Positions 36,910-45,766 of a stretch of DNA of 64,000 nucleotides are shown in pieces (within the stretch, counting starts at the first letter, position 1; every line of letters begins with the position of its first letter). Where the stretch lies: positions 192-64,191 of the forward strand of contig CAYMVO010000005.1 of assembly GCA_964393975.1 (NCBI GenBank). Reading direction: 5' to 3'. Under the pieces are notes generated by a model. That model did no database searches. It was not told where the DNA came from and worked only from the letters and a program-made list of their open reading frames with translations. Origin of the DNA: an uncultured Lachnospiraceae bacterium (GTDB lineage Bacteria; Bacillota; Clostridia; Christensenellales; UBA1242). The translations under genes were made by a program, and so were the position numbers.

Positions 36910-37209
36910 TTAAAAAAACACTACCCCACATCATATTGGGTAGATACGAAAAGTGCTATCGCTAAGACCAACGCATATTAAAATTACATTCAGCAATAGG
37001 ATATAAAACACAAATGCAAATGTCAACCACGCTTTAGGGGACGCACCTTCGCGGGATCACCCTACACAAATATACTGTTTGTCATTAAAAAAAATTATAC
37101 AAAGTACTTGACCATTTTCTAGTCGACACCAGCGCAAAGACCACTTGCGGTCGAGCGCGATAGCGTTAGTCTATATCCCCGCCCTATATTACAACACCAC
37201 CTTTTAAAA
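36910..37209 (-). repeat. Direct repeat copy 2 (300 bp) flanking the AbiE module
   Basis: See copy 1. Confidence 0.9.
36912..37087 (-). ncRNA. Candidate structured sRNA inside repeat copy 2
   Basis: Same elements as copy 1. TATAAT at 37099..37094 and the terminator hairpin at about 36920..36943. Confidence 0.3.
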
Positions 37210-37212
37210 AGA

Positions 37213-37248
37213 ATATAAAAAACAAACCGCTTTGCATTACGCATAGCG
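37213..37248 (-). terminator. Terminator candidate after the 282-aa secreted-protein gene
   Basis: Minus strand reads CGCTATGC-GTAAT-GCAAAGCG (one mismatch) followed by GTTTGTTTTTT. Confidence 0.45.
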
Positions 37249-37331
37249 ATTTGTATAAATGATATATTTAATTAGATATAGCACATCAAACCTTGCGACC
37301 GCAACCGCAACGCAAGTGATTTCTTCACATC

Positions 37332-38180
37332 TTATACAAAGCCAGCATACAGGGTAAAGCTACTAGTCACCTTAGTACTAAAACTATATATTGTACTACA
37401 GTTACTATCAGTGTACCAACCAGTGAATGTATATCCTAATTTGTATGGATCAGCGGGCTTTTCCACTGTACCATTATTATTAAAGAAAGTCTGAGCGATA
37501 ATGGTGCTATTGTTATTTGTAACGAATGTCACTATATGACCATATTCGGGATCGGCGCCAAACGCCTCAGTGAAGATATTAGAGAGGTTACTTATACTCT
37601 TATCGGTAATATTTTTAGACTGTACAGCTTGCACTTCCGCCCTAAAAACGAGGTCGGTAGGAGCACTTATTTCACCATATAGACCGACTGCGCCTTTGTA
37701 TGTTACCGCCCCGCAAAAGGTCGTCGCGTTTGTGGTATTACTAGCGCTATATACAGTAGGTGTTGTCGTCCCATTACTAGTAGTCGCTAGATAATAGTAT
37801 CCATCTGTATGCTTATACCAACTACTAGTACTAATGTTAGTAGTATCAATGCCTTCATAGTTTACTGACAAAAGGAATTTCTTTACATCATCATTCGCTA
37901 AGTTATTTGACTTGAATACAAGTCTCGCTCTAACGTAGCAATCAGAGGCGCCAGTGTTTTGCTTAAACTTTATGCTATTCACCAACGTATCACCTCTAGC
38001 GACATTTGCCATAGAGTCTGTCATACCATCAAAGGTGACATCTAGACTAACCTTTAACACGCTAAGACTAGTCTCTTTGCTCGCCTTAAAACCCGCCCAC
38101 GCAAAAGTGACACCTATAACGGCGATACACACAAAAGCGACTAATAAAACGATAAGACTCTTATTTCTAAATCTTGTCAT
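37332..38180 (-). CDS. Secreted protein with a TasA/camelysin-style (SipW-type) N-terminal signal region and a C-terminal Listeria-Bacteroides (Flg_new) repeat
   Basis: Track start is 38189. ATG 38180 is better spaced from GGAGG. The signal h-region ends in GVTFAWAGFKAS. The C-terminus carries PADPYKLGYTFTGWYTDSN...FTLYAGF. Confidence 0.5.
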   Translation of the reverse strand: MTRFRNKSLIVLLVAFVCIAVIGVTFAWAGFKASKETSLSVLKVSLDVTFDGMTDSMANVARGDTLVNSIKFKQNTGASDCYVRARLVFKSNNLANDDVKKFLLSVNYEGIDTTNISTSSWYKHTDGYYYLATTSNGTTTPTVYSASNTTNATTFCGAVTYKGAVGLYGEISAPTDLVFRAEVQAVQSKNITDKSISNLSNIFTEAFGADPEYGHIVTFVTNNNSTIIAQTFFNNNGTVEKPADPYKLGYTFTGWYTDSNCSTIYSFSTKVTSSFTLYAGFV

Positions 38181-38223
38181 ATACTCCATACCTCCAGTAA
38201 ATACAATAGATACATTTTTACTT

Positions 38224-38253
38224 ATTATATAATATATTGCCCATATTTGTCAA
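38224..38253 (-). promoter_or_regulatory. Sigma-A-like promoter for the secreted-protein gene
   Basis: Minus strand reads TTGACA, an 18-nt spacer, then TATAAT. A second TTGACA lies 15 nt further upstream. Confidence 0.5.
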
Positions 38254-38296
38254 ACAAAAAACATAAATTGTCAAAATATTTTAAAAAAATTCACAA

Positions 38297-39046
38297 TCAA
38301 AACTCGCCTAATAAAAACTGTACTATACTAGGCACCACGAGTCCTGCGGTCTCAGCTCGCAAAATACGCGTCCCTAGTGAGATCGAAGTCGCACCGCGTG
38401 TGATGAGATTATTCGCCTCTTTTTCACTAAATCCGCCCTCACTACCTACTATGACCGCTACATTCTCACAACCTGACAAATCAATTTCGCTCAAATGCGT
38501 ACTATGCTCTAACTCACTAGCAAAAATGATTTTGTCATAATGCAAAACAATTTCGCCATTATTCGCCACCTCGCTAAGCGTATCTAATAGCGAAGAAAAA
38601 CTAATCGGTTCGCCCACCTCAATAGTACGAGTACGCCTACATTGTTTACACGCGTCCTTTGCTATGAGGTCATAGCGGTCTTTTTTGTGCGAAAGTTTTG
38701 CAGTAGCAAACTCACTCTCAAACGGCACGAGTCTTTTGACACCTATTTCTGTGAGCTTTGTTATCAAAAACTCAAACTTTTCACCCTTAAGACACGCTAC
38801 AAAAACAGTGACATTTGTCTTTGTCTCTTGCGGTGGGTATTCTATACTCATTACTCGACCTATGGTCTTGTCTTTCTCCACTCTTTCAATCGTGACATTT
38901 AGCGTACTACCATCATTTGGTAGACACACAATCATATCACCCGCCCTTAATCTAAGCACTCTTGATATATGTATATGCTCTTGTCCTGTAACGGTGATAG
39001 TCTCGCCAACGTTAGCGGTCATATCCACAAAAAAATATCTTTTCAT
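38297..39046 (-). CDS. rsmE: 16S rRNA (uracil1498-N3)-methyltransferase RsmE
   Basis: 249 aa with HISRVLRLRAGD, VGSEGGFSEKE and LGTRILRAETAG motifs. Confidence 0.8.
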   Translation of the reverse strand: MKRYFFVDMTANVGETITVTGQEHIHISRVLRLRAGDMIVCLPNDGSTLNVTIERVEKDKTIGRVMSIEYPPQETKTNVTVFVACLKGEKFEFLITKLTEIGVKRLVPFESEFATAKLSHKKDRYDLIAKDACKQCRRTRTIEVGEPISFSSLLDTLSEVANNGEIVLHYDKIIFASELEHSTHLSEIDLSGCENVAVIVGSEGGFSEKEANNLITRGATSISLGTRILRAETAGLVVPSIVQFLLGEF

Positions 39047-39174
39047 ATCTTTATTATATATAAAAAAGAGACTTTTGCAAGCAAATTTGTGTAAAAAGCA
39101 AAATGTTATTGCAAAACATCACATTTTGTGATACCATAATGTTTGACTATTTTTGAATATATAAGGATAATAAT

Positions 39175-41589
39175 ATGTTGGATAAAAAGTACAATTTTTT
39201 AGAAAAAGAAGCCAAATGGCAAAATTATTGGTTTGATGAGGATATCTACAAGTTTGATGAGGGTAGTGACAAAAAGATTTATTCTATAGACACTCCACCG
39301 CCTACTGTAAATGGCAAGATTCATATGGGGCACGTGTCGTCATACACACACATTGAGACTATCGCTAGACATCATAGGATGAAAGGTGAAAGGGTATATT
39401 TCCCTTTTGGCTTTGATGATAACGGACTACCTACAGAAAGGTATGTAGAGAAGATTATAAAGAAAAAGGCGTATGAACTACCTCGTAATGTGTTTGTGGA
39501 TACTTGTCTAAAAGAGTCCGCTGTGCTGGAGGATGAGTTTTTTGCTTTGTATAGGAGTTTGGGGTTTAGTTGCAATCTAAAGCAAAAATATTCAACCATT
39601 TCACCAAGCACGCAAAAAATCAGTCAAGCATCTTTTCTAGACCTACTTGCAAAAGGATACATTTATCAAGAGGAAGCACCTACACTTTGGTGTACCGAAT
39701 GTAAAACGGCGACCGCGCAAAGCGAACTAGAGGACAAGGATATTGATAGTACATTTAACTATATCAAGTTTTTTATTGAGGGGACCAACGAATATGTGAC
39801 TATTGCCACTACTAGACCTGAAATGTTACCTGGTGTGTGTTGTGTGTTTATCAACCCAAACGACACAAAAAACGCTCACCTTTTAGATAAAAAATTAGTA
39901 GTGCCGTATTTTGGATATTCTGTACCAGTCCTGCAAGACGAACTAGTCGATCCTGAAAAGGGTTCGGGATTAGTAATGTGCTGTACTTTTGGTGATACAG
40001 TGGATAAAGAGTGGCAAAGAAAGCACAAACTCCCTATCAAAAAATGCTTTACTGACGGTGGACTTATGACTGAGCTCGCTGGTGAGTTTGAAGGTATGTA
40101 TATCACAAAAGCTAGACAAGCTATCATTGAAAAGTTAAAGGAAAACGACCTACTAATAAAGCAGGAAAATATCACTCACGCAGTATCAACACACGACCGT
40201 TGCGGTACCCCCGTGGAGATTACCGTCAAAAAACAATGGTTTATTGATGTGCTCAATCACAAAGACGAACTCTTAAAGGCAGGTTATGACCTAGAGTGGC
40301 ATCCAAAAGCAATGAGGGCAAGATATATAAATTGGGTGGAAAATTTGCAATGGAATTGGTGTATATCTAGACAAAGGTACTATGGCGTGCCTTTCCCTGT
40401 GTGGTACTGCAAGTCTTGTGGCAAGGTAAAGCTCGCATCTTTAGAAGAATTGCCTATAGATCCTCTCCTTACAAAGCCTAGCACACCTTGTGAATGTGGG
40501 TGTAATGAGTTTGAAGGTGAAAAAGATGTTATGGATACTTGGGCTACATCTTCACTCACCCCTTGCATTAGCACCGATCTACGCACATGTAAAGGGCTCA
40601 GTGATAATATGATGCCTATGGACCTAAGACCAAATGCACATGATAATATCCGTGTGTGGGACTTTTACACAATAGTAAAGAGTTTGTATCATTTTGGCAA
40701 ATTACCATGGACCGACCTTATGATATCTGGATATGTTACTAGTTCGGATGGGAATAAATTGTCAAAATCTAAGAGCAACGGACAAATGAGTCCTCAAGAC
40801 CTTATCAAACAATATTCTGCAGATGTTGTGCGCTATTGGGCTGGTGGTCTAACACTAGGTAAAGACACCGCTTTCTCACTCATTCCTTTTGATAATGGTA
40901 AAAAACTAGTCAATAAAATTTGGAATGTTAGCAAATTTGTTTTGTCTTTTCTAGAAGATTATACACCACGAGAAATTACACTAGAAATAATGGATAAATG
41001 GATAATAGAAAAATACAAACAAACCTATGTCAATTTTATTAAAAATCTAGACAAATATGAAATGGCGCTCTCTATCAACAAACTTGAAGAGTTTTTCTGG
41101 GAGTTTTGCGATGATTATGTAGAATTAGTCAAGCGTAGACTCTACAACCCTGATGTGTATGGTGAAGGTGCTTGCGAATCAGCTAAGTATGCGTGTTACT
41201 ATGTTCTTTTAGGTTTACTGAAAATGTTTTCTTGCGTACTACCACATATTACTGAGGAAATCTATATGGATTACTACGCTAATAAAGAAAATAAAAAATC
41301 TATTCACATCTCAGGCTACTTGGATCTTGGTGATAAATATGATGAAAAATTAATTACTCAAGGTGATGAAGTAATGAAAGTCGTTGCCGATGTGAGACAA
41401 TTTAAGTCTGAAAATAAAATCTCACTCAAGACCTTTATAAAAGATGCTCACATCACTACTCACGAAATTGAGTTTATGAAGCAAGCAGAAGTGGACCTTA
41501 GAGCGGTTAGTTCAATAAATGAGTTGTACTTTACAGATGGTGATTACTCAATTACTTTTGGTGAAATCATCCCTGATGAAGAAAATTAA
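39175..41589 (+). CDS. valS: Class Ia aminoacyl-tRNA ligase, ValRS-like (atypical, short)
   Basis: 804 aa. PPPTVNGKIHMGH (HIGH), TTRPEMLPG, WCISRQRYYGVPFPVW and KLSKSKSN (KMSKS) are present. It has PFGFDDNGLPTE where bacterial ValRS has GTDHAGIATQ, and there is no C-terminal coiled coil. Confidence 0.6.
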   Translation: MLDKKYNFLEKEAKWQNYWFDEDIYKFDEGSDKKIYSIDTPPPTVNGKIHMGHVSSYTHIETIARHHRMKGERVYFPFGFDDNGLPTERYVEKIIKKKAYELPRNVFVDTCLKESAVLEDEFFALYRSLGFSCNLKQKYSTISPSTQKISQASFLDLLAKGYIYQEEAPTLWCTECKTATAQSELEDKDIDSTFNYIKFFIEGTNEYVTIATTRPEMLPGVCCVFINPNDTKNAHLLDKKLVVPYFGYSVPVLQDELVDPEKGSGLVMCCTFGDTVDKEWQRKHKLPIKKCFTDGGLMTELAGEFEGMYITKARQAIIEKLKENDLLIKQENITHAVSTHDRCGTPVEITVKKQWFIDVLNHKDELLKAGYDLEWHPKAMRARYINWVENLQWNWCISRQRYYGVPFPVWYCKSCGKVKLASLEELPIDPLLTKPSTPCECGCNEFEGEKDVMDTWATSSLTPCISTDLRTCKGLSDNMMPMDLRPNAHDNIRVWDFYTIVKSLYHFGKLPWTDLMISGYVTSSDGNKLSKSKSNGQMSPQDLIKQYSADVVRYWAGGLTLGKDTAFSLIPFDNGKKLVNKIWNVSKFVLSFLEDYTPREITLEIMDKWIIEKYKQTYVNFIKNLDKYEMALSINKLEEFFWEFCDDYVELVKRRLYNPDVYGEGACESAKYACYYVLLGLLKMFSCVLPHITEEIYMDYYANKENKKSIHISGYLDLGDKYDEKLITQGDEVMKVVADVRQFKSENKISLKTFIKDAHITTHEIEFMKQAEVDLRAVSSINELYFTDGDYSITFGEIIPDEEN

Positions 41590-41598
41590 TATATAAAA

Positions 41599-41629
41599 AA
41601 GCTCACGGAAATCTTCCGTAAGCTTTTTT
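41599..41629. terminator. Bidirectional terminator after the ValRS-like gene
   Basis: AAGCTCACGGAA-ATC-TTCCGTAAGCTT (one mismatch), with A6 before and T4 after. Confidence 0.65.
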
Positions 41630-41663
41630 CATAAAATCTTAACGTATCAATATTAGTGGCGCG

Positions 41664-42284
41664 CTATTTTGACGCCGAAGTGATAACTATAATGATAGTA
41701 TCTTCGGTAATTCGAATCAAAGTACCATTTTCAATAACCCTATCATCAACTAAAATCTTATCAATTTGATATCCGTTATCTGGAATAACTGCCACACGCA
41801 CAATATCTTTCACACCGACTACTGCAATATCACCATTTTCATAATAATCATCATTTATTTGCACTACTGCGTTAGTGGTCTCTATCGTGATACGACATGT
41901 CGCATTTAGAGAAAAGATAATAAGCCATATTGCACCTATAATCACACACAAAGAGATCACCACCGCAAGCACCACGAGAGCTTTGTTTGTGTTTTTATTT
42001 TCTTTTAACTTGTTTTTTGATATAACATTACTCTTTTGATACACTGGCACAGAGACATTCTCTTGCTTATTTTTTATTTCTGTAGATCTATTAGTATTGT
42101 TTTGCTGTGCTTTGGTCTGCTCTACTTGGGACACAGGTTGCTTTGGCAAAGTAGGTGCTTTGGAAGGTACAGGTCGTTTTGGCGGGGTAGGTCGCGTAGG
42201 CGTCACGACTTGCTTAGGTGGTATGACTTGGTTGGGTGGTGCAGGTCGCTTTGGTGGTCTTGGTGGTATCTTGTTATCATCCAT
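41664..42284 (-). CDS. Single-pass membrane protein with a Pro/Lys-rich cytoplasmic N-terminus and a small extracytoplasmic domain
   Basis: Track start is 42314. ATG 42284 (MDDNKIPP) follows GAGGGGAG. PRPPKRPAPPNQVIPPKQVVTPTRPTPPKRPVP is followed by a TM segment. Confidence 0.5.
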   Translation of the reverse strand: MDDNKIPPRPPKRPAPPNQVIPPKQVVTPTRPTPPKRPVPSKAPTLPKQPVSQVEQTKAQQNNTNRSTEIKNKQENVSVPVYQKSNVISKNKLKENKNTNKALVVLAVVISLCVIIGAIWLIIFSLNATCRITIETTNAVVQINDDYYENGDIAVVGVKDIVRVAVIPDNGYQIDKILVDDRVIENGTLIRITEDTIIIVITSASK

Positions 42285-42359
42285 AGTATCACTCCCCTCA
42301 TTTAGTCTTAACATTTATTTATTAATCAAAACAAAAAATATTATTCTTGATTTGTAATA

Positions 42360-42388
42360 ATTGTAAAACATTTTATTTACTTTGTCAA
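42360..42388 (-). promoter_or_regulatory. Sigma-A-like promoter for the Pro-rich membrane protein gene
   Basis: Minus strand reads TTGACA, a 17-nt spacer, then TACAAT. Confidence 0.45.
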
Positions 42389-42514
42389 CTTTTTTAATAT
42401 CAAAATCTCCCCTTAGACATTTTATTTTGATATCCGCTTTTGTAACATTTATAAAGATAAAAACAACTTTTATAAAATGCTAGTATTAAAATTATACTTT
42501 GATTTTAAAATCTA

Positions 42515-43258
42515 TTAGTCACCTTTGCTTTGGTCCGTCATATTTACATTATTAAAAACTTGTAAATGCGCGTTTTCCACCAAAAAACCAACGACCGCAG
42601 TAAATATACTATAACACACCTTTTCTTTATATGCGGTCGTAACAAGCAGTTTTTCATCCTCGGGATTGGTTAAAAACCCACATTCAACTAGCACACTTGT
42701 ACGGTCGGTGCAGTTTAGAATAAAATAGTCACCACTGAGCGCCTCTTTTCGCGCGTTGTCGAGTCTTTCTTTAAATACATCTTGCATAAAAACTGCAAGA
42801 TTTTTACTAGTCTCGACTTTTGGATTAAAAAAAGCACATATCCCCCTTTGATTAGGCAAAATATAACCATTTTGATGTATACTTATCACAATATCGGCAT
42901 TTGCACTAGTTATAATCTCCTCTCGCTTTTTCATATCATCTAACTTTTTATTTTCACTAAACGCACCATACAAGCCGTCGTTGGTCTTTCTAGTTTGCAC
43001 AACATTTATGTTTAATGATTTAAAGTAAGACTCCAAACACATAGCATATTCTAGGTTTATATCGCTCTCTTTTGTATTACCACTAACACCTACGACACCG
43101 CCGTCTATTCCGCCGTGCCCAGCGTCTATAACAATGGTAAAATCATATATCGGTTTACTACTACTAGATATAAAATATCCCCCTAAAGAAGCACTTATAG
43201 TAATAATAATCGCAATAACTACAAAAATGATATTCCTTTTCTTAAAAACACAATACAT
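42515..43258 (-). CDS. cwlD: N-acetylmuramoyl-L-alanine amidase (Amidase_3), CwlD-like germination-specific type
   Basis: 247 aa with an N-terminal TM segment and VIDAGHGGIDGGVVG..ESDINL..VVQTRKTNDGL. Confidence 0.65.
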   Translation of the reverse strand: MYCVFKKRNIIFVVIAIIITISASLGGYFISSSSKPIYDFTIVIDAGHGGIDGGVVGVSGNTKESDINLEYAMCLESYFKSLNINVVQTRKTNDGLYGAFSENKKLDDMKKREEIITSANADIVISIHQNGYILPNQRGICAFFNPKVETSKNLAVFMQDVFKERLDNARKEALSGDYFILNCTDRTSVLVECGFLTNPEDEKLLVTTAYKEKVCYSIFTAVVGFLVENAHLQVFNNVNMTDQSKGD

Positions 43259-43394
43259 ACGCGCTAATCCCCTTATGTATACTTATTATAGATAAAATAA
43301 AAAAAGAACAGCAAAACCATTGATATGTTTTGCCGTGCTAATTTTTTTTATTTTACCTCATAAGATTAACAATACAGCAATCACGACCGCAAAC

Positions 43395-44090
43395 TCACCT
43401 CACAAAAACAACTTTATGATCTACTTGGTCGGTGCTAGTCAAAAAGTATTCTATGCCATTTCTAACTTCGTGTCTTAGACAACGCACTTTTTTACCGTGT
43501 AAGTGACCATATATGACGATATCAACGCCTGCTTTTTCTAGTTTTTCGGTTATGGTGGTATAACTACGCACCGCATCAAATGGTGGATAATGAGTCACAA
43601 ACACCACTGTATCGCCACTCTTTCGCATTTTGCACATAGCGTCCAAAGTCAAGTCCATTCTAACGAGTTCTCTATCTAAAATCTTTTGGTCCTCCTCACT
43701 CAAGGGTTGTCCTTTGTCTGGGACATTCCACCCTCTAGTACCACAAAACAAAAAATCTCCTACTCTGATACAGTCATTTTGAATAGCGTAACATTTTGGC
43801 GGTAACACCTCACGCACTCTTGATACGCTACCCCACCAATAATCGTGGTTGCCACGAACCAAAATCTTAGTCCCTGGTAAATCTGCAAAGTACGCACTGT
43901 CCACGACAAATTCATCCAGCTTCATAGCCCAACTAATATCTCCCGCAATCACAACAATATCATCATCGGTCACTTGCTGTAGCCAACTTTGTTTGATGCT
44001 ACTTAAATAATCATCCCACCCTTCAAAGACTTCCATAGGTTTTTCCCCGCAAAGACTGAGATGTAAATCACTAATTGAAAAAAGTTTCAT
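43395..44090 (-). CDS. Metallophosphoesterase (calcineurin-like)
   Basis: 231 aa with ISDLHL, AGDISWA, GNHDYWW, THYPP and GHLHG motifs. Confidence 0.7.
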   Translation of the reverse strand: MKLFSISDLHLSLCGEKPMEVFEGWDDYLSSIKQSWLQQVTDDDIVVIAGDISWAMKLDEFVVDSAYFADLPGTKILVRGNHDYWWGSVSRVREVLPPKCYAIQNDCIRVGDFLFCGTRGWNVPDKGQPLSEEDQKILDRELVRMDLTLDAMCKMRKSGDTVVFVTHYPPFDAVRSYTTITEKLEKAGVDIVIYGHLHGKKVRCLRHEVRNGIEYFLTSTDQVDHKVVFVR

Positions 44091-44132
44091 ATATAAAAAA
44101 TCCTTTTAAGCCTATCTAAAAAGGCAAATTTA

Positions 44133-45584
44133 TTAGAGTATAGCGCTAAATAACCTACACACTGATTTAGCCATTTTTACAAATGGTGACAAATTTTTAA
44201 ACCACGCCTTTCCCACCACAATACTATGCAAGGCATCATTTTCAAAAATATGAACGAGTTGCATAGATGTCGGTTTATCATAAATCACCACATTCACCTC
44301 AAAATTCAAACTAAATGAACGTACATCCGTATTGCACGTACCCATTGAGGCGACCTCACCATCCACAACGACGACTTTTGAATGAATAAACCCCTCACGC
44401 ATATACACAACCGCTCCATAATCTACTAATTCCTTTAGATAAGATAGCGAGCAGTAATACACAACCTTTTTATCGGGGAGTTTGGACAACATAATACTAA
44501 CTTTTACACCACTACTTATCGCTATTCTAAGTGCGGTCATAAAACTCTCATCAGGTACAAAATATGGACTTTGTATCAAAATGTATTTCTTTGCTTTTGT
44601 AATCATATTGATTAGATTCATTTCAATTTGTGCGCCATCATCATCAGGTCCGCTAGTCACCACTTGCATAGCGACACCAGACTCATTTTTACCTTTTTCA
44701 AAAAATCTATTGATATATGTCTCATCAAAATCTTTCTTTTTGTAACTAAATCTCCAATCTTTTAAAAAGGTCTTTTGTAAATCAATAACACTATCACCCT
44801 CGACTCTAAGGTGCAAATCTGTCCAAGGTGACAATCTCTTCACACCACCCATATGATCGTCACGGATATTTATACCGCCTACATAGCCAATTTTATTGTC
44901 AATAACTACTATCTTTCTATGGTTTCGGTAATTGATACGAATATTAAAAAGTCTCATTCCAAATAGTGGTGGGAAAAACTCAGCATATCTCCCGCCACCA
45001 TGCACAAGTTTTCTAAATTCCCGTCTATCACTTTTTAGCGAACCCACCGCATCTACAAGCAAATTGACCTCCACACCTTGATTTGCTTTTTCAATAAGCT
45101 TTTTTAGTACAATCATACCTATATTGTCGGTCGCAAAAATATAATAGCATATATTGATACTCTTTTTTGCACTGTCAATATCTTTTAATAAAGAATCAAT
45201 TTTATCTTTACCGCTCGTAAAAAACATCAACTTATTATTATGCGTTAATATACTATCACAAGTATTTAGATTGTGCATAATGAGTTGTTTGTATTTTGCT
45301 TCGACACCCGATACGCTTACTTCTTCACTTTGTATTTGCGCTTTTTGCTGGTTTACTAGGTCTTTGAGCTCTTTGCTACGTACCGCCTTTCGTCTAAGCA
45401 TTCGCCTTGTCTTAAAACTAAGACTGCCACCTATGAGCGCATATAATATTAGCCCTATTATCGGCATTAGTAGCATAATAATAGACCAACTAATCACGGT
45501 ACTAGGTTTTTTGCGCTCTATAAACACCATTCCTAATACAAATAGTGTATTTACAAATATTACAACAAAATACGCCCAATGCAT
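44133..45584 (-). CDS. cls: Cardiolipin synthase
   Basis: Track start 45683 overlaps a terminator hairpin. ATG 45584 (MHWAYF) follows AGGGGA. Two N-terminal TM segments and two HKD motifs (NHRKIVVIDNKIGYVGGIN; IHSKVVVVDGEVASMGTCN). Confidence 0.85.
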   Translation of the reverse strand: MHWAYFVVIFVNTLFVLGMVFIERKKPSTVISWSIIMLLMPIIGLILYALIGGSLSFKTRRMLRRKAVRSKELKDLVNQQKAQIQSEEVSVSGVEAKYKQLIMHNLNTCDSILTHNNKLMFFTSGKDKIDSLLKDIDSAKKSINICYYIFATDNIGMIVLKKLIEKANQGVEVNLLVDAVGSLKSDRREFRKLVHGGGRYAEFFPPLFGMRLFNIRINYRNHRKIVVIDNKIGYVGGINIRDDHMGGVKRLSPWTDLHLRVEGDSVIDLQKTFLKDWRFSYKKKDFDETYINRFFEKGKNESGVAMQVVTSGPDDDGAQIEMNLINMITKAKKYILIQSPYFVPDESFMTALRIAISSGVKVSIMLSKLPDKKVVYYCSLSYLKELVDYGAVVYMREGFIHSKVVVVDGEVASMGTCNTDVRSFSLNFEVNVVIYDKPTSMQLVHIFENDALHSIVVGKAWFKNLSPFVKMAKSVCRLFSAIL

Positions 45585-45683
45585 AGCACTTCCCCTTTTA
45601 AAAAATATTGTATAGATAAATCTTACTTTAACTACATAATACAAAGTATAACCCAAACAAAGCAAAAAGTCCACTAAAAACAA

Positions 45684-45710
45684 AAAATTCCTATTAAATT
45701 AAGGAATTTT
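45684..45710 (-). terminator. Terminator after the giant gene
   Basis: Minus strand reads AAAATTCCT-N9-AGGAATTTT followed by TTG. Confidence 0.5.
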
Positions 45711-45766
45711 TTGTAAAACAAGCAAATAAATATTTGCATTTGATATTGTTAATTTTCAGTCACTAC

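Noticed and set aside
34810-37209. Insertion sequence, MITE or integrative element interpretation of the repeat-flanked AbiE segment
   Set aside because: No transposase or integrase ORF on either strand, no terminal inverted repeats at the repeat ends, and no tRNA/tmRNA target. It is kept as a direct-repeat-flanked cassette of unknown mobilisation mechanism.
45585-45683. N-terminal 33-codon extension of the cardiolipin synthase ORF as given in the track
   Set aside because: The extension starts at a non-ATG codon and directly abuts the terminator hairpin of the upstream giant gene (45684..45710), leaving no room for a promoter or RBS. ATG 45584 has a good AGGGGA RBS and gives a canonical cls N-terminus.
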